Below, piece by piece: positions 8,521-16,289 of a stretch of 16,699 nucleotides of DNA. Each line of letters opens with the position of its first letter. Position 1 is the first letter of the stretch. A model generated the notes under the pieces. That model saw nothing but the letters and a program-made list of their open reading frames with translations. It had not been told where the DNA came from and did no database searches. The position numbers were made by a program, and so were the translations under genes. The stretch comes from an uncultured bacterium (lineage in GTDB: Bacteria > CSSED10-310 > CAZUFC01), in assembly GCA_964619725.1 (NCBI GenBank), contig CAZUFC010000044.1, positions 43,337 to 60,035 on the forward strand, written 5' to 3'.

Positions 8521-9144
8521 ATGAAAAACCTGATGCCGAAAAACAGAGTGACGAAACGTCATAAGGGTTTTACCATTATTGAAGTAGTCGTCGTTACTGC
8601 GTTGATTGGCTTGCTGGCCGCGATAATAATCCCTGTTCTCCATAATCAGCTTACGATTGCTCGCGAAAGAGTCTGCCGGACAAAAATGGACCAGATAAGG
8701 CAAGCTCTTTTAAGATATGCTCAAGATGTCGGATTCCGGCCCGCAGCTCCGGGCGCTCCCACGTCCGATGAAATAGCCCTGGGAGCTTTTCCGCCTGCTG
8801 AAGCCGCTGCGGCCCCATTTTCTGCTATTTTGCCTGAATTGCTGGTTTCAAAACCCGCAGACTCGGAAATCCCGGATTGGGACCCGGCTAAAGAAGAAGG
8901 GTGGAACGGCCCTTATATTGACCCTGGACTGACTCTTGAAATCGACGCAGACGGCGACGGCGTGCTCGATCAGACCGGCGAATGGAGAGTTGACCCGTGG
9001 AACAGATATTTCATTTATTTCAATTTGGTGCTTTCCGATCCTTATGTAAGACGCCTGGTAGGAATTTACAGCGTCGGGCCGGACCGCCTCTATGAAACTG
9101 CAGACGATCTGTACGTCAAGGTTTATGAGGGTGAAGTTTTTTAA
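8521..9144 (+). CDS. Second GspG-like pseudopilin with Pro/Ala-rich and DxDxDG insertions
   Basis: KRHKG|FTIIEVVVV prepilin site; GWNGPYI, DPWNRYF, YSVGPD, TADDL motifs. Confidence 0.85.
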   Translation: MKNLMPKNRVTKRHKGFTIIEVVVVTALIGLLAAIIIPVLHNQLTIARERVCRTKMDQIRQALLRYAQDVGFRPAAPGAPTSDEIALGAFPPAEAAAAPFSAILPELLVSKPADSEIPDWDPAKEEGWNGPYIDPGLTLEIDADGDGVLDQTGEWRVDPWNRYFIYFNLVLSDPYVRRLVGIYSVGPDRLYETADDLYVKVYEGEVF

Positions 9145-9165
9145 AACAGCATCTCAGCCGATTGT

Positions 9166-9186
9166 ATTGATGAAGCTCTCATCAAT
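9166..9186. other. Small palindrome downstream of pilin cluster (weak terminator or operator)
   Basis: ATTGATGA (9166-9173) / TCATCAAT (9179-9186), 5-nt loop; AT-rich stem with only a short T run after it. Confidence 0.3.
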
Positions 9187-9348
9187 CGATTTTCGCGCTT
9201 AAACGAAAAAGGAGAATAATGAAACAAAAATTCATGATATACGGTCGCGTTCGACTGGAGCGTTCGACAGAAAAGCTTGATAATGAGCAGGTCCGTCCGC
9301 TTCGAAACCTGTCGCGTTGCGGAAGGCTGTCGTTTTGGAGGAAGGAGA

Positions 9349-10878
9349 ATGAGGTCGCTCATGCGGGAATTTAATACGAAAAAAGAAATGTTTTGCAAGC
9401 ATTTTTTTATATTCGCGGTTTGTGCAGCGTTCGCTGTGCTGTGGGCCGGTTGCAGCGGGGAGGCCGAGAAGCGGAAGAGTCCGGCGTCGGTTTTGTTCAT
9501 AACCGTCGATACGTTGAGAAGCGACGGGTTGGCGGGATACGGCGACCGGGATCAATATACTCCTAATATAGACGCGCTTATGAAAAACGGGAGCTCCTTT
9601 TTCAACGCAAACGTTCACGTTCCCATTACGAATCCCAGTCATGCCTCAATGATGACGGGTCTTTATCCTGCCCAGCACGGCGCCGTGACTTTCGCGAGAA
9701 AAATAAAAAAAGAGGTCGTTACGCTCGCCGAGATATTCAAAAAACAGAATTACCAAACGGCGGCATTCGTGAGCGGTTTTTCTCTTGTTCGATGGGTAAG
9801 CGGATTGGAGAAGGGATTCGAGGTTTATGACGATGAATGGGGACGAGACATGAATGCAACGGAGAGACCTGCAGATGAAACGACTGACGCCGCATTGCAA
9901 TGGCTGGAAGATAGAAAGTCCGCTCCTTTTTTTCTCTGGGTTCATTATTTTGATCCCCACAAGCCGTACGAACCTCCGCCGCTCATGGGAAGAATACATT
10001 GGCCGGAATATGACCCGAAAATGGGCGACGAGCCCGGTTCCATGCGTCTCAAATCTGAAAACGAAACGAAAAAAATGGAATTATTGAAACAGCCTGAAAC
10101 GGACTCGCCGCCTTCCCCCTTGCGGCTGCAAAAAGCTGTCGAAACCAATGCAAATAATACCGTCAATCCTCGATCCGAAGCGCCTGATGACCTGCAGGAA
10201 AAAATCGCGCTTTACAAGGGTGAAATCGTTTTTACCGATCATCACATTGGAAGGCTCATTCGATTCCTGCATAGAAACGGCATTGAAGACAGGGTCCTGG
10301 TCGTTCTCACATCGGACCACGGTGAGAGCTTTGAACACGGTTACTACTTCAGACATATGGACAGAGTGTATGAAACTCTCATGAATGTCCCTCTGATATT
10401 TTACGGACCCGGCATACAGCGGGACAGATGTCTGTTTAATCCCGTGGAGGCGGTAGATATCGCTCCTACTGTCCTTGAATTGACCGAAACATTCCCTTTG
10501 CCTGAATTTAAAGGCATTTCCTTGAAAAAATTGCTGACCGGTTCACGAGAAGATTCTCCTCTGCCTGAAAAACAGGTTATCGGACAAACTCCGGGTAGAG
10601 AAGGAGAGCTTTCCTGGGGACCTATGGATTACGTCAAATATGATAACTGGAAATTGATCCGAAAGTTGAATCAGAAATCATTAGAGCTGTATGATCTGCA
10701 ATCCGATCCGGCCGAAATGAATAATCTGGCGAAGACAAAAAACGAAAAAACGCGTGAATTGCTGAATATCCTTGATATCAGAACCGACGACCTCAGAAAA
10801 AACGAAAAACAGGAGGAAGAATCTGTTCTTTCGGATCACGACGAAGAAAAATTCCGGGCGCTGGGTTATATTCAATGA
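9349..10878 (+). CDS. Sulfatase-like hydrolase/transferase (alkaline phosphatase superfamily), predicted lipoprotein, Thr nucleophile
   Basis: ITVDTLRSD, PITNPSHASMMTGLYP, FFLWVHYFDPHKPY, YKGEIVFTD, TSDHGE, ELYDLQSDPAEMNNLA, C-terminal RALGY; lipobox-like LWAG|C (Cys codon 9451). GGAGG at 9337-9341 supports ATG 9349; 9361 and 9388 are alternatives. Confidence 0.88.
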   Translation: MRSLMREFNTKKEMFCKHFFIFAVCAAFAVLWAGCSGEAEKRKSPASVLFITVDTLRSDGLAGYGDRDQYTPNIDALMKNGSSFFNANVHVPITNPSHASMMTGLYPAQHGAVTFARKIKKEVVTLAEIFKKQNYQTAAFVSGFSLVRWVSGLEKGFEVYDDEWGRDMNATERPADETTDAALQWLEDRKSAPFFLWVHYFDPHKPYEPPPLMGRIHWPEYDPKMGDEPGSMRLKSENETKKMELLKQPETDSPPSPLRLQKAVETNANNTVNPRSEAPDDLQEKIALYKGEIVFTDHHIGRLIRFLHRNGIEDRVLVVLTSDHGESFEHGYYFRHMDRVYETLMNVPLIFYGPGIQRDRCLFNPVEAVDIAPTVLELTETFPLPEFKGISLKKLLTGSREDSPLPEKQVIGQTPGREGELSWGPMDYVKYDNWKLIRKLNQKSLELYDLQSDPAEMNNLAKTKNEKTRELLNILDIRTDDLRKNEKQEEESVLSDHDEEKFRALGYIQ

Positions 10879-11591
10879 ATTATCTCAGAGAAATCAGTGA
10901 ATATTTTATTGAAAAAAGATGCGGAGCCCTGCAGGTTTCTCACATGGACCTGATGACCATTATGAAATGGCAGAATGACGGCGTACCGGTAAAAATAGCC
11001 AAAAAAGCCATTGATGAGACCTTTGAAAGTTTGAAAGGCGTCGACGGAAGGCCGGTTAAAAGGATCACAAGAATCTCCTATTGCAATAAACGACTGAAGA
11101 AACTGATTCGGGATTACAGGACTAAAATTTCCCGACCGCCGCAGCAGGAGGCTGATGCGAATGAGGAAAAATCAATAAAGGAATTACTGGGAGAAACAGT
11201 AAAAAAACGTTTGCCGAATTATGAGAAAGAAATATTGGAAAGCTTTCGGAAAGGTCCCCTGGGTCAGAAAAGAAAAGCATGTCAGGTGGAAGAAACGGTC
11301 CGTTCAGGTTTTCTCGAGATTGTTCAAAAGGAGGAACGAACCGGATACGACTCGCTTGATGATTTTCAGAATGATCTTCGGCGTCTCGACGGAAAAGTAG
11401 ATCAAATCCTGGTGAAAATACTCGACCAGGAAGAACTCAATAATATACGAAGAAAAACAGAAACAGGGCTGGCGCCGTTTGCTGCAAAAATGTCAAAAAA
11501 ACAATACGACAAAACCTTCCAGGTCCAATTTTCCGCTAAACTGCGCGAAGTTTGCCGGTTGAGGAGATTGAGCTTGTATGATATTTTATAA
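10875..11591 (+). CDS. Uncharacterised protein with DnaD/DnaB_2-like N-terminal domain
   Basis: 238 aa, ATGA overlap with upstream stop; N-terminal pattern F..KR.....VS..D...I..W...GVP..I...AIDE.F......I..ISYC resembles DnaD-type helical domains; C-terminal LAPF..KM...LRRLSLY. ORF secure, function inferred. Confidence 0.65.
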   Translation: MNYLREISEYFIEKRCGALQVSHMDLMTIMKWQNDGVPVKIAKKAIDETFESLKGVDGRPVKRITRISYCNKRLKKLIRDYRTKISRPPQQEADANEEKSIKELLGETVKKRLPNYEKEILESFRKGPLGQKRKACQVEETVRSGFLEIVQKEERTGYDSLDDFQNDLRRLDGKVDQILVKILDQEELNNIRRKTETGLAPFAAKMSKKQYDKTFQVQFSAKLREVCRLRRLSLYDIL

Positions 11592-11605
11592 AGCTGGGGG
11601 AAATC

Positions 11606-12322
11606 ATGAATGAGTGTCCACAATGCTACGGACAAGGCTGGATCGTTAAAACGATAAACGGACGAAAATTTTCCGTTCGATGCGATTGTTGGGCTGAGAG
11701 AAGAAAAATAGAACTTCTCCAGAATTCCAAAATCCCCGAACGTTACTCGGAGTGTCTTCTGGAGAATTTCGTCGAGATGAACGCTAACCTGATAAAGATA
11801 AAAGGCATGGTAGACGAATTTATTGAAACTTTTCCCTCAAACGGCAGGGGATTACTGATCATGGGGCCTCCCGGCGTCGGCAAAACTCATCTGTCCGTCG
11901 GTATTCTTAAAAAACTGGTGGAGACCAAAGGCGTCAGCGTACTGTTTTATGACTTCCGGGAACTGCTTCAGGATTTGAAAAATACTTTTGACGAAAGAAG
12001 CAGAGTCCATGAGTCGGATATTCATTCCCATCTTCGCCATACCGACGTATTGCTGCTTGATGAACTGGGGAGTCAGAAACTGACTGAGTGGACCCTGGAC
12101 ATACTGATGTCGATTATTAACTACAGATACAACAACGCAAAAACCGTCATCATAACAACGAATTATCTGGACGTTGCGGTGAAAAATGAAGAAACTCTCG
12201 AAGAGAGAATAGGATCGAGACTGCGTTCGCGGCTGCATGAGATGTGCATGAAACTGGAGATAAGTGCGCATGATTATCGTTTGAAGAAACAGGATTTTCG
12301 CGATCGTTTAAGAAGCGGATAA
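11606..12322 (+). CDS. DnaC/DnaI/IstB-like AAA+ ATPase with N-terminal Zn-binding motif (putative helicase loader)
   Basis: CPQCYGQGW...RCDC, SKIPERY, Walker A GPPGVGKT, Walker B LLLDELG, sensor IITTN, RIGSRLRSRLHEMC. Confidence 0.9.
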   Translation: MNECPQCYGQGWIVKTINGRKFSVRCDCWAERRKIELLQNSKIPERYSECLLENFVEMNANLIKIKGMVDEFIETFPSNGRGLLIMGPPGVGKTHLSVGILKKLVETKGVSVLFYDFRELLQDLKNTFDERSRVHESDIHSHLRHTDVLLLDELGSQKLTEWTLDILMSIINYRYNNAKTVIITTNYLDVAVKNEETLEERIGSRLRSRLHEMCMKLEISAHDYRLKKQDFRDRLRSG

Positions 12323-12356
12323 CAAGCAAAATTTAAAATGGAAAAGGAGAAGAAAG

Positions 12357-12776
12357 GTGAAAAGATTAAAGTATTTGATTCAATTTATCGTGTTCGTTTT
12401 ACTGACAATATTTGCCGTAGCTAACAGTCATAAGACGCAGGTTTATTACTGGGACCAGAAACCGATTATCGGAGAGCCTATGACGACGATAGAAGAAACG
12501 GACATAGGCGAAGAAACGGAAATTACGCAAAGCGGCATACCCGTTTTTCTTCTCGTTTTTATAGCTTTTGGCGCTGGATGGGTCATTTCTTGGCTTTATG
12601 ATTTTACCCGCATCAAAGGCATAAAAAAAGATTTGAAAAAGACGCGCAAGCAACTGCGTAAGAAGGATACGGAAATGGAAACCATTCAGCAGGAGCTGAA
12701 GGAAGCGCAGGGACCGGAAATGCCGCAGGAGACTGAAGAAGGGGCTTCGGAACAGGATCAGGACGAGGAGCAGTAG
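12357..12776 (+). CDS. lapA: LapA family (lipopolysaccharide assembly protein A) membrane protein
   Basis: GTG start after AAGGAG; TM1 ending FAVAN, loop, PVFLLVFIAFGAG TM2, basic coiled-coil then acidic tail. Confidence 0.78.
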   Translation: MKRLKYLIQFIVFVLLTIFAVANSHKTQVYYWDQKPIIGEPMTTIEETDIGEETEITQSGIPVFLLVFIAFGAGWVISWLYDFTRIKGIKKDLKKTRKQLRKKDTEMETIQQELKEAQGPEMPQETEEGASEQDQDEEQ

Positions 12777-12787
12777 AATACGGAATA

Positions 12788-13246
12788 ATGAAGGATAAGA
12801 AGCAGAAGGTGTCTGAGGACAACGATTCGTTTCCGTATTTCACATCCCCGAAAAAAAGAAGGGGTTGCGCCGGCGCGCTTGTCTCCATGTCGCTCATTTT
12901 ATCCATTGCCGTTATTTTCCTGATACTCAAGGGAAGAAGGGTCCGCGAAGATTTTATCGGCTGGTATGCTGATTTTGTCGTCAGTTCCATGAAAATCGAA
13001 GACGAAGAGGAAAGAGCCGAATTCCGGAGTAAGTTGGAAATTTTAATGAGCCGGAGAATGTCGCAAGAGATATTGGACCGGCAGTTTGACGAGTTTTGGA
13101 TAAAATATGACCAGGCTATGGAAGATAAGGAGATTTCAAAAGAAGAGACAGAAGAATTGATTGCTGCCCTCGACAGTCTGGTTCATGGGCCGGCGTCGGG
13201 CCGGGAAGCGGAACATACTGACGATTTTATCCGGGAAAGGGATTGA
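12788..13246 (+). CDS. Hypothetical single-pass membrane protein with acidic helical C-terminal domain
   Basis: 152 aa; KKRRGC followed by a hydrophobic helix; 11 bp from lapA stop on the same strand. Confidence 0.75.
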   Translation: MKDKKQKVSEDNDSFPYFTSPKKRRGCAGALVSMSLILSIAVIFLILKGRRVREDFIGWYADFVVSSMKIEDEEERAEFRSKLEILMSRRMSQEILDRQFDEFWIKYDQAMEDKEISKEETEELIAALDSLVHGPASGREAEHTDDFIRERD

Positions 13247-13296
13247 CTTTTCAAATCAGATTCTCTCCGTGAAACATTCTCATCAAACTCATTTTA

Positions 13297-15642
13297 ATGA
13301 AAATCCTCGACAGATATATTTTTAAAGAGCTTGTCGTTCCCTTCTTCCTGGGACTCTTTGTATTTACGTTCGTCCTTCTGACTAACGCCATCGTGAAATT
13401 GATGGACTTGTTAATCGGAAAGGGAATCGGATTCAGCAAAGTAATGTGGTTTTTATTCCTCAGCGTGCCGCATCTGCTTGTTTTGACCATTCCCATGTCG
13501 GTTCTTTTAGCGGTTTTGACGGCATTCGGGCGGTTGTCGGAAGACTCAGAATTGACGGCGTTCAAGTCAAGCGGGATAAGTTTATACAGGATGTCGCGTG
13601 CCGTCATTCCATTCGCTTTGATAACCTGGATAATGACTTCCGTCCTATTCATCAAAATGATTCCCTGGTCTAATCTTGCGCTGAAGCAGTTGAGATTCGA
13701 CATAGTCAGGACCAGAGCGAACATCGGCATAAAACCTCACGTTTTCAACACCGATTTTGATGAGCTGGTGATTTACGTTAAGAGGATGCTGCCGCGTTCC
13801 GATCAGATGGATGGCGTTTTTATTTCAAGCGAACTGGATCGTGATGAATCCCAGGTCATTGTGGCTGAAAACGGATTCAAAATTCCACTGCAGGATCAAA
13901 ACAAGGTGATACTGAGATTGAACGAAGGATGCATATACGGCATTCCTAAACAAAGCTCGGAAAAGTTTTCGATTAATCCTTTCTCCGTGTACGATATTTC
14001 GCTGGATATGGAAATCCTGAAAGATGTTTCCGTTTCCAAGGGCGACAGGGAAATGACCATTGCCGAGCTTTTGGAAAAAGTGAAACAGCGGCGGGAAGCG
14101 GACAGAACCGCGGAACGATATTGGGTGGAAATACATAAAAAATTTTCCATACCCTTCGCATGCCTGGTATTCGTTATTATCGGAGTTCCTCTGGGCATTA
14201 CTTCCCCTCGCGGCGGTTCAAAGTCCGTCGGTTTCGTCATCAGCCTTGGATTGATAATCGTTTATTATATATTTCTGGCAGGCGGAGAAGGCCTGGGTGA
14301 CGAAGGAAAGATACCTCCCTGGGCGGCTATGTGGGCGCCGAATTTTACTTTGGGCATTATCGGACTCTATCTGTTCATCAAGGTTGCCCGGGAAGCGCCT
14401 TTTAAATTCACACGGTACGTTTTAGATCGTCTTGAACCTCTTTTCAGCAGGATTCGAAGAATTATCAATCGGTGGAGAGGACTAAACCGGCGTCGAAATG
14501 CGGCTGATGCCCCTCAATTAATGCAAAATCGCAGATTCATGCCTGAGTTCAAATTCATGAGGATACTCGACCGGTATGTTGCGATTGAGTTCCTCAAAAT
14601 ATTTTTCTTCGTTTTTATCGCCTTGCTGGCCGTCAGCGCCGTTATTCACACTTTTGAAAAAATAGACGATATTGTAGAAGAAGGCGCAGGTTTCGTTGAT
14701 GGAGCTCTGGCCATACTGTTTCGACTGCCGTTCTTCGCTTTTATTTCCATTCACTATTCGCTCCTCGTGGCGACTCTGCTGACCATCGGAAGTTTAGCCA
14801 AAAGATCAGAAATTACAGCCATGATGGCGGGAGGCATCAGTTACATCAGAATTGCCATGCCCATCCTCGTCCTATCTTTCCTGATCAGCGGCTGTTCCTG
14901 GTTCCTTAACGAAAAAATAATACCCATTACAAACAGAAAAATGGAAGAACAATGGTCTGAAATTGAAAAAAGACCTACCAGTCCTTTCGTTTTCGGCCGA
15001 AGATGGTTCAAGGGCGAAAAAGGGCATATTTACTTTTATCGTTCCTACAACACACAGCAGAAGGTCATCAACGGTTTTTCATTATACCGCATCGACGAAG
15101 ATAATGTTCTTAGGGAATGGAAAGATATTCAAAGACTGATATGGAAAGACGATGAATGGCATTTCTACAAAGCGCGATTTCTGAAGCTCGATGAAAATTT
15201 TAATCTGATCTCAGATGAAACCGTGATGAACGGTACGCTCGATTTGAAACAAAAACCGGAAGATTTCATGAAGGAAGTTAAGGAATCAGAACAGATGAAC
15301 AGGGAAGAGCTGGCTGATTACATTGCGGGACTCAAGAAAAGCGGCATGAGCGGCATAGACGTGACTCCCTACATAGTGGATTACCAGACGAAACTCTCTC
15401 TGCCGTTGCTGGGCTTCATCATGACTTTGCTGGGCATTCCCCTGGCTTATCAAAAACCAAGATCAGGGGGACTCATGGGCGTCGGTATAAGCATACTCAT
15501 CGGCGCCGTATATTTCGTCCTGTTCCAGGTGGCGGTCGAATTGGGCCATGCCGGCATCCTCCCGCCGCTCTTCAGCGCCTGGATCGCAAACCTGCTCTTC
15601 GCTTTCATCGGCATTTATATGGCTGCATCGCTTAATAAATAA
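13297..15642 (+). CDS. lptFG: Fused LptF-LptG LPS export ABC transporter permease (two YjgP/YjgQ units)
   Basis: 781 aa; unit 1 MKILDRYIFKEL, GRLSEDSELTAFKSSGIS, EIHKKFSIPFAC, WAPN; unit 2 begins MRILDRYVAIEF (ATG 14557), LAKRSEITAMMAGGIS, KLSLP, AWIAN. Confidence 0.94.
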   Translation: MKILDRYIFKELVVPFFLGLFVFTFVLLTNAIVKLMDLLIGKGIGFSKVMWFLFLSVPHLLVLTIPMSVLLAVLTAFGRLSEDSELTAFKSSGISLYRMSRAVIPFALITWIMTSVLFIKMIPWSNLALKQLRFDIVRTRANIGIKPHVFNTDFDELVIYVKRMLPRSDQMDGVFISSELDRDESQVIVAENGFKIPLQDQNKVILRLNEGCIYGIPKQSSEKFSINPFSVYDISLDMEILKDVSVSKGDREMTIAELLEKVKQRREADRTAERYWVEIHKKFSIPFACLVFVIIGVPLGITSPRGGSKSVGFVISLGLIIVYYIFLAGGEGLGDEGKIPPWAAMWAPNFTLGIIGLYLFIKVAREAPFKFTRYVLDRLEPLFSRIRRIINRWRGLNRRRNAADAPQLMQNRRFMPEFKFMRILDRYVAIEFLKIFFFVFIALLAVSAVIHTFEKIDDIVEEGAGFVDGALAILFRLPFFAFISIHYSLLVATLLTIGSLAKRSEITAMMAGGISYIRIAMPILVLSFLISGCSWFLNEKIIPITNRKMEEQWSEIEKRPTSPFVFGRRWFKGEKGHIYFYRSYNTQQKVINGFSLYRIDEDNVLREWKDIQRLIWKDDEWHFYKARFLKLDENFNLISDETVMNGTLDLKQKPEDFMKEVKESEQMNREELADYIAGLKKSGMSGIDVTPYIVDYQTKLSLPLLGFIMTLLGIPLAYQKPRSGGLMGVGISILIGAVYFVLFQVAVELGHAGILPPLFSAWIANLLFAFIGIYMAASLNK

Positions 15643-15684
15643 AGGAAAATTCACAGGCCCGGAATGTCGAGAAAAAATGTTTAA

Positions 15685-16245
15685 AACAAGGAGTTCATAA
15701 TTAAAGGCAAAGCTTTCACCGCTCCCAAAAAAAGAAAATTTGCTAATATCGGCGCGCTTCTGTTCTGGACGGTTTACCTCATATTCTGGATAGAAACGAC
15801 TGCAGAACAGCAAAACATATTCCACCCCTGGTTCATATTCTGGATCGCCTTGGGATTGCTGGGCCTGGCATACAACATTAATCGCTTCATCAGTTACAGA
15901 AATCCGATCATTACAGTACATGAAAACGCGGTTCGCATTCATTCAATCCTCTTTCAATATAAAAATATTCCCTGGGAGAACATCGACAGCTTCCATCTGA
16001 AGGGCGGCTGGACCAGGACAAACCTTTTTTTCTATTACCTCCCCGAAAAAACGGCCCGAAAACGCCGCACAATGGTGTTATGGGCTTCGGAGATTGAAAA
16101 TTTCGATGAACTTCTGAACATATTCCGTGAAAAAGTGCGGGAAGAGCAGCCGGGAAACAGGGGAAGAGTTGAAATGGACGCTTGTGGTGAAGAGGCCGTA
16201 GCGACGAAAGCGATGAAAGGGACGAAAGGGACCAAAGGGACCTAA
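15685..16245 (+). CDS. Hypothetical two-TM membrane protein with PH-like C-terminal domain; 5' end anomalous (possible pseudogene or ATT start)
   Basis: Frame of the listed 15850-16245 ORF is open from 15685 and encodes KKRK + TM1 (IGALLFWTVYLIFWI) + TM2 (WFIFWIALGLLGLAY) + PIITVHENAVRIH...KNIPWENIDSF, typical of bacterial PH-like proteins; no in-frame ATG/GTG/TTG between the TAA at 15682 and TTG 15850. Confidence 0.6.
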   Translation, partial: NKEFIIKGKAFTAPKKRKFANIGALLFWTVYLIFWIETTAEQQNIFHPWFIFWIALGLLGLAYNINRFISYRNPIITVHENAVRIHSILFQYKNIPWENIDSFHLKGGWTRTNLFFYYLPEKTARKRRTMVLWASEIENFDELLNIFREKVREEQPGNRGRVEMDACGEEAVATKAMKGTKGTKGT

Positions 16246-16277
16246 GGGACCTAAGGGACAAAGGGACATAAAGGGCG
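16207..16277 (+). repeat. 9-bp tandem repeat, consensus WAAGGGACN, about 8 units
   Basis: AAAGCGATG, AAAGGGACG, AAAGGGACC, AAAGGGACC, TAAGGGACC, TAAGGGAC, AAAGGGACAT, AAAGGGCG. Confidence 0.9.
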
Positions 16278-16289
16278 TTACGGACTTTT

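Noticed and set aside
11606-12322. IS21 IstB helper or part of an intact prophage
   Set aside because: No IstA transposase, IS ends, integrase or phage structural genes; the N-terminal Cys4 motif and context fit a loader-type ATPase better.
13243-13275. Internal promoter for lptFG from TTGACT at 13243-13248
   Set aside because: No acceptable -10 hexamer at 16-18 bp spacing.
15780-15846. Direct repeat CATATTCTGGAT twice in the last gene
   Set aside because: Encodes IFWI in both TM helices; short and explained by coding content.
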